Below are positions 1 through 9,283 of a stretch of DNA of 64,000 nucleotides, piece after piece. The DNA is from a bacterium (GTDB taxonomy: Bacteria; Sysuimicrobiota; Sysuimicrobiia; Sysuimicrobiales; Humicultoraceae). The notes beneath the pieces were generated by a model that was given only the letters and a program-made list of their open reading frames with translations, searched no databases and was not told where the DNA came from. The position numbers and the translations under genes were made by a program. Numbering within the stretch: position 1 is the first letter of the stretch; each line of letters starts with the position of its first letter. The stretch is taken from NCBI GenBank assembly GCA_050695215.1, contig JBOGSD010000004.1:1864-65863 (forward strand), written 5' to 3'.

Positions 1-1031
1 GACCCTCCCCGTGAGTCCACGTAGAACACCACCGCTTTCACCCGCCGCATCCGTTCCACCGCCCGGAAGGCCCGCCCCACGGTCGCCGCACCGGCCAGAT
101 GCCGCCCGAGCAGAGGGATCGGCGCGGGGATGTCGCGGCTCTCACCGGGCACGATGGCCCCGCGCAGCGTCACCACCGCGATGATATCCTGCGCCGAGCG
201 CCACTCGTACGGCAGCGGCACGCGGCGGCGGGCCTGGACCCACGGCGCCACCCGCGCCGGATGTCCCTCCTGGCCCAGGCGGGCCGGCAGCTCGTCTTCG
301 TAGAGGATGGCGTCCACGAGTCCCGCGGCCAGCGCCTCCGCCGCCGTGAAGGGGGCTCGGTCGATCGCCTCGCGGACCGCGTCGGGGGACACTCGCCGGG
401 CCGCCGCGACGTCCTCGACCATCTGCCCGAGCGTGGAGTCGAGCAGCGCGTCCACCATCTCCCGGTGGGTCGGGGACATCGCCGCGCGGCGGAAAGGATC
501 GGCGGCCGTCTTGTACTCGGCGATGCTGTCAAACTCCGGAGCGACGCCGAGCCGGTCCAAGGCGGCGCGAAAGAAGGTGACCTCGGTCCGCGGCCCCGTG
601 ATCGCCACAGACGCGCTCTCAGGCAGCACGATCTCGTCGGCCGCGGTGGCCAGGTAGTACTGCGGCAGCGAGACGGTCGTGAGGTAGACGATCACGCGGC
701 GGCCGGCCCGGCGCACCGCCAGCAGCGCCTCGCGCAGCCGCTGCACGGTGGCGGTCCCCCCTCCGATCTCCCCCACCCGCATGATCACCCCGCGCACGCC
801 CGGCGCGCGGACGAGCCGGTCGAGCGTCGCGCGTAGTTCCTCCAGGCTCTCTTCGGGCTGGCCCTCCAGGGCAATCACCCGCTGGGGGGAGAACCGCCGC
901 CGGGGCACGCGGCGCTCCGGGTAGGAACCGGCCAGATCCACGACGACGTACTCAGGGCTCGGACCCGCTGCGGCCAGTACGTTGGCCAGCAGCCGGAAGA
1001 GATTTCGGATCAAGTCGATCAGCACTCCCAT
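1..1031 (-). CDS. sppA: Signal peptide peptidase SppA / S49-family serine protease, partial (C-terminus beyond left edge of window)
   Basis: I translated the reverse complement by hand from the ATG at 1029-1031: MGVLIDLIRNLFRLLANVLAAAG...VIVYLTTVSLPQYYLATAADEIVLPESASVAITGP...EYKTAADPF, which is typical of the S49 protease IV family. The ORF track does not list it because the reading frame has no stop inside the window. Confidence 0.7.
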   Translation of the reverse strand, partial: MGVLIDLIRNLFRLLANVLAAAGPSPEYVVVDLAGSYPERRVPRRRFSPQRVIALEGQPEESLEELRATLDRLVRAPGVRGVIMRVGEIGGGTATVQRLREALLAVRRAGRRVIVYLTTVSLPQYYLATAADEIVLPESASVAITGPRTEVTFFRAALDRLGVAPEFDSIAEYKTAADPFRRAAMSPTHREMVDALLDSTLGQMVEDVAAARRVSPDAVREAIDRAPFTAAEALAAGLVDAILYEDELPARLGQEGHPARVAPWVQARRRVPLPYEWRSAQDIIAVVTLRGAIVPGESRDIPAPIPLLGRHLAGAATVGRAFRAVERMRRVKAVVFYVDSRGG

Positions 1032-1046
1032 GGCAGCCCGCCGCGG

Positions 1047-1427
1047 TCAGTCGTAGCCGAGATCGGCCAGCGCGTCCTCGTCGATCCCGAAATGGTGCGC
1101 CACCTCGTGGATCACCGTCCGGCGAATCTCTTCCCGGATCTCCTCTGCGGACTCGCACGCCTCTTCCAGCGGCCCGCGGAAAATGGTAATCCGGTCAGGC
1201 AGCAGCGGATCGGCCAGGATTCCCCGTTCGATCAACGGCGTGCCCTCATACAGGCCGAACAGCTGATCCTCCGGCTCTATCCCCGCGCCCTCCAACTGCT
1301 CCGGTGTCGGCCACTCGGCGACGACAATCGCGACGTTGTCCATCCGCGCGCGCAGCACTTCCGGAATGCTGGCCAGGGCTTCCTCGACCAGCCGGTCGAA
1401 GACCTTGCGCCTGACGTTCATGGGCAC
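1047..1427 (-). CDS. Small zincin-like metallopeptidase family protein (HExxH motif HEVAHHFG)
   Basis: 126-aa ORF with an HEVAHH zinc-binding motif and protein-like composition, 15 nt downstream of sppA on the same strand. Confidence 0.6.
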   Translation of the reverse strand: MPMNVRRKVFDRLVEEALASIPEVLRARMDNVAIVVAEWPTPEQLEGAGIEPEDQLFGLYEGTPLIERGILADPLLPDRITIFRGPLEEACESAEEIREEIRRTVIHEVAHHFGIDEDALADLGYD

Positions 1428-1454
1428 CGCCGGGGAGCGCGAAACTGCCGCGGC

Positions 1455-1754
1455 CTACTCTTCAGGCCACCGGCGGAGGAGGTAGTCGCGGCCTCCCCTC
1501 TCCACGAGATCGACGATCTCGGTCATCAATTCTCGGAATTCTTCACTCTGCCGGAGTTGCTCAAATGCCGCTTCATAGGCGGCCAGGCTGGGCCACTCCG
1601 TCTCCCAGGTGACGACAAAGAGGTCGCCGGAGAGGTCGGTGTAGATGCGCGCGCGGCGTTCCGCTTCCAGCGTCACCGAGATGCCCTTGAGCAACTCCAC
1701 CACCGTCGACGCCGCGCCCCACTTCGTCCGGAACCAGGTGCGCACCAGGATCAT
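1455..1754 (-). CDS. Hypothetical small protein (possible ferredoxin-like alpha+beta barrel)
   Basis: 99-aa ORF with balanced composition (W/Y/F/E/K present), unlike the Arg/Pro-rich antisense artefacts. No recognisable motif. Confidence 0.4.
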   Translation of the reverse strand: MILVRTWFRTKWGAASTVVELLKGISVTLEAERRARIYTDLSGDLFVVTWETEWPSLAAYEAAFEQLRQSEEFRELMTEIVDLVERGGRDYLLRRWPEE

Positions 1755-1869
1755 GGAGGGGCTGTTCGTCGGCCTCCGGCGCGGTCCCTCTGCGCCGCTA
1801 CGCCGCGGCGAGCGCGGGCAGCCGGATCAGGAACTCCATGGGATTCATTCAGATCCCCTCCCCGTGGGC

Positions 1870-2220
1870 TCACGATCTGGGGTGTCGTCGGCGCTCATCC
1901 TCTTCGACCACGCGCTTCAACACGGCGAGCCGTTCGGTCCAGTACGCTTCATAGTGGCGCAGCCACTCCCGATACATCTGGCGGAGGGGGGCCGGGTTGA
2001 GGCGGTACCAGCGCTCGCGGCCCTCCTTTGCCCCCGTGACGAAACCGGACCGGCGCAGCACCCGCAGGTGCCGGCTCACCGCTGGCCGGCTGACGATCGG
2101 AAACCGCGCCGCGATGTCGCCCGCACGCAGCGGCCCCTCCTCTCGGAGCAGGTCGAGGATATGCCGGCGCGTGGCGTCGGCCACGGCGCGAAAGGGCGAG
2201 GAGCGGATTGCTGGACGCAT
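1870..2220 (-). CDS. ArsR/SmtB-family HTH transcriptional regulator
   Basis: RRHILDLLREEGPLRAGDIAARFPIVSRPAVSRHLRVLRRSGFV is a classic ArsR winged-HTH. It is divergent from the downstream membrane-protein gene. Confidence 0.75.
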   Translation of the reverse strand: MRPAIRSSPFRAVADATRRHILDLLREEGPLRAGDIAARFPIVSRPAVSRHLRVLRRSGFVTGAKEGRERWYRLNPAPLRQMYREWLRHYEAYWTERLAVLKRVVEEDERRRHPRS

Positions 2221-2355
2221 CGGGACTACTCTGCGTCGCCTCCCGTGCCCAATTTACGTAACATGATGGTTACATAAGGTCCTGTGCCCCGTCAAGGTCC
2301 GCAGGTGCGCCGCGCCGCGGCGACGAATGGTCCATCCTTTGGAGGTGCGCACGCC

Positions 2356-2733
2356 GTGAAGATGATGAACCAGACCGTGGGTCTGCGGCCGGCCCTGCTG
2401 GTCTCGGGTTTCTACTCGGTGATCGTCGGTTTCATCCTCCTCTTCCCCTCCCTCTCCACCATGGTCTTCGGACGCCCGGTCACCGATGCGGCCGTGGAAA
2501 CGGGGTGGGGCACGAGCATCATCGCGACCGGGATCCTCGCTCTGGGGGCCGCCACCAATGTGCAGCGCTACGGCGGGCTGGCGCCGCTCTTCGCGGCGGG
2601 TACGACGATCGTGACCTTCGGGCTGCTCTACTTCTTCCTCACGGGGGTCTACGAGGCGCGCGCGGTCCTGGTCCCGATCATCATCAACGCGCTGCTGATC
2701 GCCTGGATCTGGTCCGCGCGTCCCAAGGAGTAG
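2356..2733 (+). CDS. Hypothetical integral membrane protein (4 predicted TM helices)
   Basis: Hydrophobic segments LLVSGFYSVIVGFILLF, TSIIATGILALGAA, LFAAGTTIVTFGLLYFFL and LVPIIINALLIAWIW. Likely start is GTG 2356 or ATG 2362, after GGAGGTG at 2341-2347. The longer upstream ORF extension is Arg-rich. Confidence 0.5.
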   Translation: MKMMNQTVGLRPALLVSGFYSVIVGFILLFPSLSTMVFGRPVTDAAVETGWGTSIIATGILALGAATNVQRYGGLAPLFAAGTTIVTFGLLYFFLTGVYEARAVLVPIIINALLIAWIWSARPKE

Positions 2734-2811
2734 CAGGGCGAGGAGGGATCCGCCCCGCTTCAGAACGACAGGATACTTCCGCGGTGCAGACCCCTCCTCA
2801 CCCTCACCCAC

Positions 2812-4539
2812 TCAATCCAGAAACAGCGGTACCACCCGGGACTGGCGCACGTCCACCAGGCCGCGGTCAGTCAACTTCAGTTCGGGGATCACGGAGAGGG
2901 CCAGGAACGAGAGGGTCATAAAGGGGTCTTCCAGCGGGGAGCCCATGCGGCGGGCCGCGCTCAGGAGCGCGCGCATGCCTGCGGCCACCTCTTCCACCGG
3001 CTGATCGGACATCAGCCCGGCGATCGGCAGCGGCAGGGTAACGACTTCCCGTCCAGCCGCGGCAACCAGCCCACCCTGCATCTCCAGAATCAGGTCCACG
3101 GCCGCGCGCATGTCCTCGTCGTTGGTGCCCGCGACGATGATGTTGTGCGCGTCGTGCGCCACGCTGGAGGCCAGCGCGCCGATGGTCAGCCCGAAGCCCC
3201 GCACGAAGCCCAGGCCGATCCGGCCGGTGCCGCCGTGCCGCTCGATCACGGCCATCTTGAGCAGATCCCGCCCGGGGTCGGCCGCCGCCTCCCCGTGCTG
3301 GAAGGCGATCTCCGCCTCGCCGGCCCGTGTGACGACCTGGTTGGGGACGACCTCGATCACGCGCACGCGGCCTGTCGGCACGGACCCTGGCACCGGGATG
3401 CGAAAGTGCAGCGTGCCGCGGGGCACGTTCACCGAGCCGCGCACCGTGGGAAGCTCGGGGCGCGGGTACGGCAACAGCGCCCCATCCTGCGCCACCAGCC
3501 GCCCGTGCCGGTAGACCCGCCGGGGCTGGGGAGCGCGCAGGTCGTCGAAGACGATCAAGTCGGCCAGCCTTCCCGGCGTCACCGCGCCCCGGTCGCGCAG
3601 GCCGAAGTACTCGGCGGCGTTCAGGCTGCCCAGCTGCAGGGCCAGCAGGGGATCGAGCCCGAGGCCGATCGCTTGACGCACCATCGCGTCGATGTGCCCT
3701 TCCTCCAGCAGATGGAGCGGGGTGCGGTCGTCCGTGACGAACATAAAGCGGCGCGCGTTCTGCGGCGTCACCAGCGGCAGCAGGTCTCGGAGGTTGCGGG
3801 CGGGGGTGGCCTCGCGGATCATCACCACCAGCCCGCGCTGCAGCTTCTCCCGCGCCTCGGCGGGCGTGGTGCACTCGTGGTCGGAGCCGATTCCCGCGGC
3901 GACGTAGGCGTTGAGGTCGCGCCCGGACACCCCGGGGGCGTGACCGTCCATGAGCCGCCCGTTCGCGGCGCGCAGCTTGGCCAGGACCTCGGCGTCGCCG
4001 GCGAGCAGCCCGGGGTAGTTCATCATCTCAGCCAGCCCCAGCACCCACTTGTCTTGAAGAAGCGTCTCCAGGTCGTAGGCGGAGACCTCCGCGCCGGCGG
4101 ACTCCAACGGTCCGGCGGGCACGCAGGATGAGGCCATGACGAACACCGACAGCGGATTGTACTTGGCGGCCTGCAGCATGTAGCGGATGCCGGACATGCC
4201 CAGGACGTTGGCGATCTCGTGGGGATCGGCGATGACGGTCGTGGTGCCGTGCGGCACCACCGCGCGGGCAAACTCCGGCACGCTGACCATGGCGCTCTCG
4301 ATGTGCACGTGCCCGTCGATGAAGCCCGGCGCCAGGTAGGCACCGGCCAGATCGTGGCTGTCGGCAGCCAGGTAGGCGCCCGGTGGCCCCAGCCCGGCGA
4401 TGCGGTCGCCCGCGATGGCCATCTCCGCCTCCATCACCTCCAGCCCGTAGAGATCGACGACCCGAGCGTTGCGCAGGAGCAGGTCGGCGGGACGCAGGCC
4501 GCGGGCGATCTGAATCAACGCGGGGAGATCCATTGGCAC
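2812..4539 (-). CDS. ade: Adenine deaminase
   Basis: 575 aa with the metal-dependent amidohydrolase motif GFIDGHVHIES. Length and overall pattern match the adenine deaminase (AdeC) family. Confidence 0.9.
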   Translation of the reverse strand: MPMDLPALIQIARGLRPADLLLRNARVVDLYGLEVMEAEMAIAGDRIAGLGPPGAYLAADSHDLAGAYLAPGFIDGHVHIESAMVSVPEFARAVVPHGTTTVIADPHEIANVLGMSGIRYMLQAAKYNPLSVFVMASSCVPAGPLESAGAEVSAYDLETLLQDKWVLGLAEMMNYPGLLAGDAEVLAKLRAANGRLMDGHAPGVSGRDLNAYVAAGIGSDHECTTPAEAREKLQRGLVVMIREATPARNLRDLLPLVTPQNARRFMFVTDDRTPLHLLEEGHIDAMVRQAIGLGLDPLLALQLGSLNAAEYFGLRDRGAVTPGRLADLIVFDDLRAPQPRRVYRHGRLVAQDGALLPYPRPELPTVRGSVNVPRGTLHFRIPVPGSVPTGRVRVIEVVPNQVVTRAGEAEIAFQHGEAAADPGRDLLKMAVIERHGGTGRIGLGFVRGFGLTIGALASSVAHDAHNIIVAGTNDEDMRAAVDLILEMQGGLVAAAGREVVTLPLPIAGLMSDQPVEEVAAGMRALLSAARRMGSPLEDPFMTLSFLALSVIPELKLTDRGLVDVRQSRVVPLFLD

Positions 4540-4648
4540 CTCGTTCCCCGGGGTTCGAGTGCCTTCCTGCGGCGGCAGGCATCGCTTCCGCGCGACAAGA
4601 ACCTCTTAGGGCCAGATCAGACGGCACACTCCCGCCCAGAGGTGAGCC

Positions 4649-5227
4649 ATGCCCCACATCCTGCCGTTCCGCGGACAGCCCACCTACGATCTCGAAATCG
4701 CCGGGACGGTGCGCACACTGCCGCTGATCCAGGTGGCACCCGACACCTGGATCGCCTACTACTACAGCCTCGGAGACACCGAGGTGATCGACCGGGCGGC
4801 GCGGCTCCTGGCGCCCCAGCTGGAATCCTGCGACCTCTTCGTCACCACCGAAACCAAGGGTATTCCCCTGGCGCACGCCATCGCCACCTACCTGGGGCTG
4901 AAGCCGTACGTGGTGTGTCGCAAAGAAATCCGGCCGTTCATGCTCTCGCCCCTGGTCGTGCGCTACAAACCCATCACCGCCAAGACGGAGCAGGAACTCT
5001 TCATGGACGGGCGCGACGCGAAGAAGGTGCGGGGAAAGAGAATCGGCATTGTGGACGACATCGTCAGCACCGGCGAGACCCTACAGGCGATGGGCGACTT
5101 GGTGAAGCAGGCCGGCGGCGAGGTTGTCGCCAAGGCCGCCCTCCTGCTGGAGGGCGAGGAGTGGAAAGACGTCGTCAACGTGGGCATCCTTCCAGTGTTC
5201 AAACTGCCGAACCGGAGCGACCAGTGA
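4649..5227 (+). CDS. Type I phosphoribosyltransferase (purine/adenine PRTase family)
   Basis: PRPP-binding motif RIGIVDDIVSTGETL. It is divergent from the adenine deaminase gene across a shared 110-bp promoter region. Confidence 0.75.
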   Translation: MPHILPFRGQPTYDLEIAGTVRTLPLIQVAPDTWIAYYYSLGDTEVIDRAARLLAPQLESCDLFVTTETKGIPLAHAIATYLGLKPYVVCRKEIRPFMLSPLVVRYKPITAKTEQELFMDGRDAKKVRGKRIGIVDDIVSTGETLQAMGDLVKQAGGEVVAKAALLLEGEEWKDVVNVGILPVFKLPNRSDQ

Positions 5228-5510
5228 TGTCCTTCAACATCTGATAGACGTCTCGCTCTTTGCCCGGTTGGCGCTTCCCGATCAGGTAGATCCACCATGT
5301 GTCTGACTCGGAGTCGTATCCATAGACCAGACGGTAGACGTTACGGAGTCGTATCCGGCGAAATCGATCCAGAGGAGGTTCCAACGGCAGTCCCATTTCG
5401 GGGTTGGTGGCGATGCTCTCTGCGGCCGCAATGGCCTCCTTTTGCGCCCATTTCGGAAGACGCTGTAAGTCTTCGTTGAAACAACGACGAGTGAATCGGA
5501 CATCCGCCAC
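5199..5510 (-). CDS. Type II toxin, RelE/ParE family
   Basis: 103 aa ending ...RLVYGYDSESDTWWIYLIGKRQ, a RelE/ParE fold signature. It starts 4 nt after the stop of the upstream antitoxin gene, and its 3' end overlaps the PRTase gene convergently by 29 nt. Confidence 0.7.
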   Translation of the reverse strand: MADVRFTRRCFNEDLQRLPKWAQKEAIAAAESIATNPEMGLPLEPPLDRFRRIRLRNVYRLVYGYDSESDTWWIYLIGKRQPGKERDVYQMLKDITGRSGSAV

Positions 5511-5513
5511 GTC

Positions 5514-5822
5514 CTACGCGGGGAGTCCAAGCAGGCGCTTTGCTTGCTCGATACTTACCCCTCGCCCGCGCCGGACGTCCTGCTCGCTTTGGAGCAGCCT
5601 CTGCATGGCCTCGGGATCGGCAAGGAGCGCTGCCGTTTCGTCGGCCGCCTCAACCCGTTCCAGAAGGGACAGCCATGCCTCACGGTCGACGATCGTCACC
5701 AAACGCTTCCCCGCCGCAATCGTGACGGGGGTCCCTTTGCTGGCCTTGTCGAGGAGCTCGGGAAGGCGCCTCCGGGCTTCTGTTGCCCCCGAGACGATGG
5801 TTTCTCTGGCTGTCTTGGCCAT
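5514..5822 (-). CDS. Type II antitoxin, Phd/YefM-like
   Basis: 102-aa acidic protein immediately upstream of the RelE/ParE toxin, with a TPVTIAAGKRLVTIV... N-terminus consistent with the YefM/Phd fold. Lower GC than its surroundings. Confidence 0.65.
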   Translation of the reverse strand: MAKTARETIVSGATEARRRLPELLDKASKGTPVTIAAGKRLVTIVDREAWLSLLERVEAADETAALLADPEAMQRLLQSEQDVRRGRGVSIEQAKRLLGLPA

Positions 5823-6013
5823 GGTCGTCTACGCTCCTTACCAATAATTGTACCATATTTGGTGCAGAAATTGGCTCAAATCACGCGGATGAAACTGTGT
5901 CATCGCTGAAGGCGTGAGGCCCGAACAGCCCTCGCGAGTACGCCGGGGCCGAAAGGCGAGGGGCGGCCGATCACATCCGGCCGCCCGCCGTCCTCTCTCT
6001 CCGGTCGTCCTGC

Positions 6014-7161
6014 TTACGGCTCTTTCGGCCAGGGGCCGACGATGCCCGGGGCGGCCCACTCCATCGTGGTCAGCTGCAGCACGTTCATGGTCGTGCCCGC
6101 GGGGACGCGCAGGACGCCCTTACGGTCGCGGATCGGTCCCGTGAAGGGATCGAAGGCGAGCGGCTTCTTCGTCATCTGCGCCGTCCGCCGCTGAATGAGA
6201 TCGTAGACGGAGAGCCGGCCCAGCCCCGGCGCGGTCACCCGCGTCGCCTTTAGCCGGGAGACGAAGAGCGGGTTAACCGGCACCCCGAAGTCGCCCCCGA
6301 CCTCTACCGCCCGCTCCCCCAACAACCACCAGTAGTCGACGTTGGCCAGGTTTTCGGACGTGTACTTCCCGGCCTGCACCTTGCGGAAGAAGTCGAGCAG
6401 GATCGTCTCCCAACGAACCAGCTGCCCGGAGACGACGTGCTGCGGCGCAAATTTCTGCATCGGCGAGTAGTGGCTGAAACTCAGCCGGTTCTTCTTCGCC
6501 GCCACCTGGATCACGGTGGGGGAATCCTCCGTGAAGGCAAAGACGTCGGCGCCCGAGGCGATCAGGGCCTCGGTGGCCTCCTTGGCCTTGGCGGGATCGA
6601 ACCAGGAAAAGAGCCAGCGCACGTGGATGGTCGCCTTGGGGTTGACCGCCCGCACGCCGAGGGCGTAGGCGCTGAGGTGCCGTTTCACCTCGGGGATGGG
6701 GAAGGCTCCCACGTAGCCGATCTTCCCGGTCTTGGTCAGCGCGCCGGCCATCAGACCGTTCAGGTAATAGATCTGATAGAAGTCGGCCATGTAGGTGAAC
6801 ATGTTCTTGTTGCGCTTGAAGCCGCTGGCGTGGCCGAAGATGATGTTGGGGTACTTCTTGGCCGCGTTCAGCGTGCCGTCCATGAACCCGAAGGACGTGG
6901 TCAGGACCACCTTCGCGCCCTGGTCGATCACCTTGTCGATGAACGGCTCCACCTGCGCCTCGGGCACCGACTCCACGTAGATGGTCTCGAGGTTGAGCTG
7001 CTTCTCCAAAATCAGACGGGCCTCGTTGTGCGCATGGGTCCATCCGTAGTCCCCGATGGGCCCGACGTAGATGAACGCCACTTTCAGCTTCGCCTGCGCC
7101 GCGCCGGCGCTCGCGAAGATCAGGATCAGCAGAACGACGAGCACACCTTTCATCCAGCGCA
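6014..7161 (-). CDS. BMP-family (PnrA/Med-like) nucleoside ABC transporter substrate-binding lipoprotein
   Basis: True start is the internal ATG at 7159-7161 (MRWMKGVLVVLLILIFASAGAAQA signal peptide) preceded by GGAGGGAG. The part of the ORF-track ORF upstream of it is Gly/Arg-rich junk. The protein is BMP family (KVAFIYVGPIGDYGWT...). Confidence 0.85.
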
Positions 7162-7236
7162 TCTGCTCCCTCCCTCTCTCCCTGGACTCACTGCTGGCGG
7201 CTACCACTTCCAGACCGTTCTCACCCCTTCCTCTGC

Positions 7237-8100
7237 TTACCGCTCTCCACGCACGTAGGGAATCCCCAGCGCCTCGGGGGCGCCCTGGCGGCGCCGCGCC
7301 CGCTGGGTGGTCAGCGCGAGGACCATGATGACGAAGACGAACGGCATCATCTGCAGCGGCTCCGGCGGCACCCAGGTCTGCAGGCGGAACGAAAGATGGA
7401 AGAGCGCCCCGAAGAAGAAGGCCCCCGCCACGGCGCGCAGCGGGTCCCAGGCGGCGAAGATGGCGATGGCGATGGCGATCCAACCCAGGCCTGCCGTCAT
7501 CCCCTCGGTCCAGCTGGGCCGGTACGCCACCGAGAGAAAGCCCCCGGCGACGCCCGCCAGCGCTCCCCCGAAGACCACGGCCAGATACCGCACCAGGTAC
7601 ACGTTTACCCCGAGGGCGTCGGCCGCCGCGGGCGCCTCCCCCGCTGAGCGCAGCGCGACGCCCCACCGCGTGTGATACAGCACGAACCACAACCCCACGG
7701 CCAGCGCCACCCCGGCGTAGGTGAGCCACGAGATCTCCGGAAGCGAGTTGAGCAGCGGCAGCCCCTCCCAACGCCGTCCCAGCAGCGCCGAGAGCCCCAG
7801 GCCCAGCATGGTCAGCGCCAGCCCGGAGACGTACTGGTTGGCGCGCAGGGTCACGGCCATGAAGGCGTGGATTAGGGCCGCCGCGCCCCCAATTCCCGCC
7901 GCCGCCGCGAGTCCCAGCCCAGGGTTCCCGGTCGTCTGCGCCACGGCGAAGGCCAGAAAAGCCCCCAGGATCATCATCCCCTCAACGCCCAAATTCACGA
8001 CACCTGATCGCTCCGCGTAGACCTCTCCCAGGGCGGCCCAGAGCAGCGGGCTCCCCAGGGCAAGGGCGCGGATGGCGGTGTTGACGACGTCTTCCATCAA
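7237..8100 (-). CDS. Nucleoside ABC transporter permease (branched-chain-type permease family)
   Basis: Multi-TM hydrophobic protein in an operon with the BMP binding protein and the ATPase. Confidence 0.85.
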   Translation of the reverse strand: MMEDVVNTAIRALALGSPLLWAALGEVYAERSGVVNLGVEGMMILGAFLAFAVAQTTGNPGLGLAAAAGIGGAAALIHAFMAVTLRANQYVSGLALTMLGLGLSALLGRRWEGLPLLNSLPEISWLTYAGVALAVGLWFVLYHTRWGVALRSAGEAPAAADALGVNVYLVRYLAVVFGGALAGVAGGFLSVAYRPSWTEGMTAGLGWIAIAIAIFAAWDPLRAVAGAFFFGALFHLSFRLQTWVPPEPLQMMPFVFVIMVLALTTQRARRRQGAPEALGIPYVRGER

Positions 8101-8122
8101 CCGTCCTCCCCGGCTGACCCGG

Positions 8123-9283
8123 TCACCCGTCTCCCCTGCTCACCCCTGGGGCGCCGCTGTCCGCGCCCACCACGGGAACCGGCCTCGGGGCCGGCCCCGA
8201 ACGCGCCGGCGCCCAGCGCACCCTGTAATACATCAGGCGTTCGCTGCCGATCAGGCAGAAGAGGATCAGACCGTTGACAACGTCGGTGACGCGCGCCGGC
8301 ATCTGCAGCCCCACGCGCATCACGTCCCCGGCGGAGAAGACCACGCCGAGAAAGACCGCGGTCACGACCGCCGCCAGCGGGTTCCCCCGAGCCAGCCAGG
8401 CAACGATGATCGCCGCGTACCCGAACCCGAGGGAGATCTGATTGGGGTCGAGGAGGCGGTGGTGGATGCCGCCCACCTCTCCCACCCCGGCCAGACCGGC
8501 CGCGCCGCCGGCCAGCAGCATCACCACCAGCGTGGTGCGCACCGGATCGATGCCCGCATAGCGGGCGGCATCGGGACTCTCTCCCTGAACCCGGATCTCA
8601 AAACCCAACCGCGTGCGGCCCAGCAACAGGGCGCTGCCGGCCGCGATCGCCAGCCCGAGGGCCAGCGTCGGCCAGTGGATGCGCGTGCCGGCGATGACGG
8701 GGATCGCCGCGGCCGGGGGGAACGCGTTGGTAAAAGCGAACCCCCGCATCTCGGGGCCCTTCCAGGGACCGTGCACGAGCCACGACACCAGGTAGAGCGC
8801 CACGTAATTCATCATCAGGGTGGTGATGACCTCATTCACCGAGAGGCGCAGGCGCAAAAGGGTCGGCAACAGCCCCCACAACGCCCCGCCGATGAAACCC
8901 GCTAGGAACATCGCCGGCAGCAGCCAGGGCGCGGGAATCTGGAAGGGCAGGAAGAGCGCCATACCGGTGGCCGCGGTGGCGCCGGCGAGGATCTGTCCCT
9001 CGGCGCCGATGTTCCAGAACTGCGCCCGAAAGGCCAGCACCAGTCCCACTCCGGCCAGCAGGAGGGGGATGGCGTTGCGGCCGATCTCGGGCAGCGCCCG
9101 CGCGCTGAGCAGGGTGCCGCGCGTGATCACGCTGAAGGCGCGCACCGGACCGACGCCGTAGCTCCAGAAAATCACCGCCACCAGCAGGAGGGCGACGCCG
9201 ATGGCGGTCAGGGAGACGCCCAACACCCACGTCCATGGCGGCGCCGCCCGCCGTTCGATCTCGAAGGGACCGATCCGGTTCAC
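8123..9283 (-). CDS. Nucleoside ABC transporter permease
   Basis: Multi-TM protein. Its ATG overlaps the stop of the upstream ATPase gene (ATGA at 9280-9283). Confidence 0.85.
   Translation of the reverse strand: MNRIGPFEIERRAAPPWTWVLGVSLTAIGVALLLVAVIFWSYGVGPVRAFSVITRGTLLSARALPEIGRNAIPLLLAGVGLVLAFRAQFWNIGAEGQILAGATAATGMALFLPFQIPAPWLLPAMFLAGFIGGALWGLLPTLLRLRLSVNEVITTLMMNYVALYLVSWLVHGPWKGPEMRGFAFTNAFPPAAAIPVIAGTRIHWPTLALGLAIAAGSALLLGRTRLGFEIRVQGESPDAARYAGIDPVRTTLVVMLLAGGAAGLAGVGEVGGIHHRLLDPNQISLGFGYAAIIVAWLARGNPLAAVVTAVFLGVVFSAGDVMRVGLQMPARVTDVVNGLILFCLIGSERLMYYRVRWAPARSGPAPRPVPVVGADSGAPGVSRGDG

Noticed and set aside
99-836. 245-aa plus-strand ORF at the window start
   Set aside because: It runs opposite the hand-verified SppA-like S49 protease reading frame and has an Arg/Gly/Asp/His-rich composition.
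4540-4648. Possible purine riboswitch or tRNA-like T-arm motif (GGTTCGAGTG) in the ade/PRTase divergent region
   Set aside because: No purine-riboswitch core (conserved U/C-rich junction pairing) is recognisable by eye. The GGTTCGAG match is isolated and its upstream 70 nt is the adenine deaminase coding start, so no tRNA gene fits.
2867-4876. 335-aa and 282-aa minus-strand ORFs, plus the 3145..4131 plus-strand ORF
   Set aside because: They are alternative frames or antisense to adenine deaminase, which has the GFIDGHVHIES motif in its own frame. All are Arg/Pro/Gly-rich.
6273-7771. N-terminal 200-aa extension of the BMP lipoprotein ORF and overlapping ORFs 6273..7043 (-) and 6437..7258 (+)
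   Set aside because: A strong RBS plus signal-peptide start at 7161 defines the real gene. The upstream extension is Gly/Arg-rich and overlaps the permease gene.
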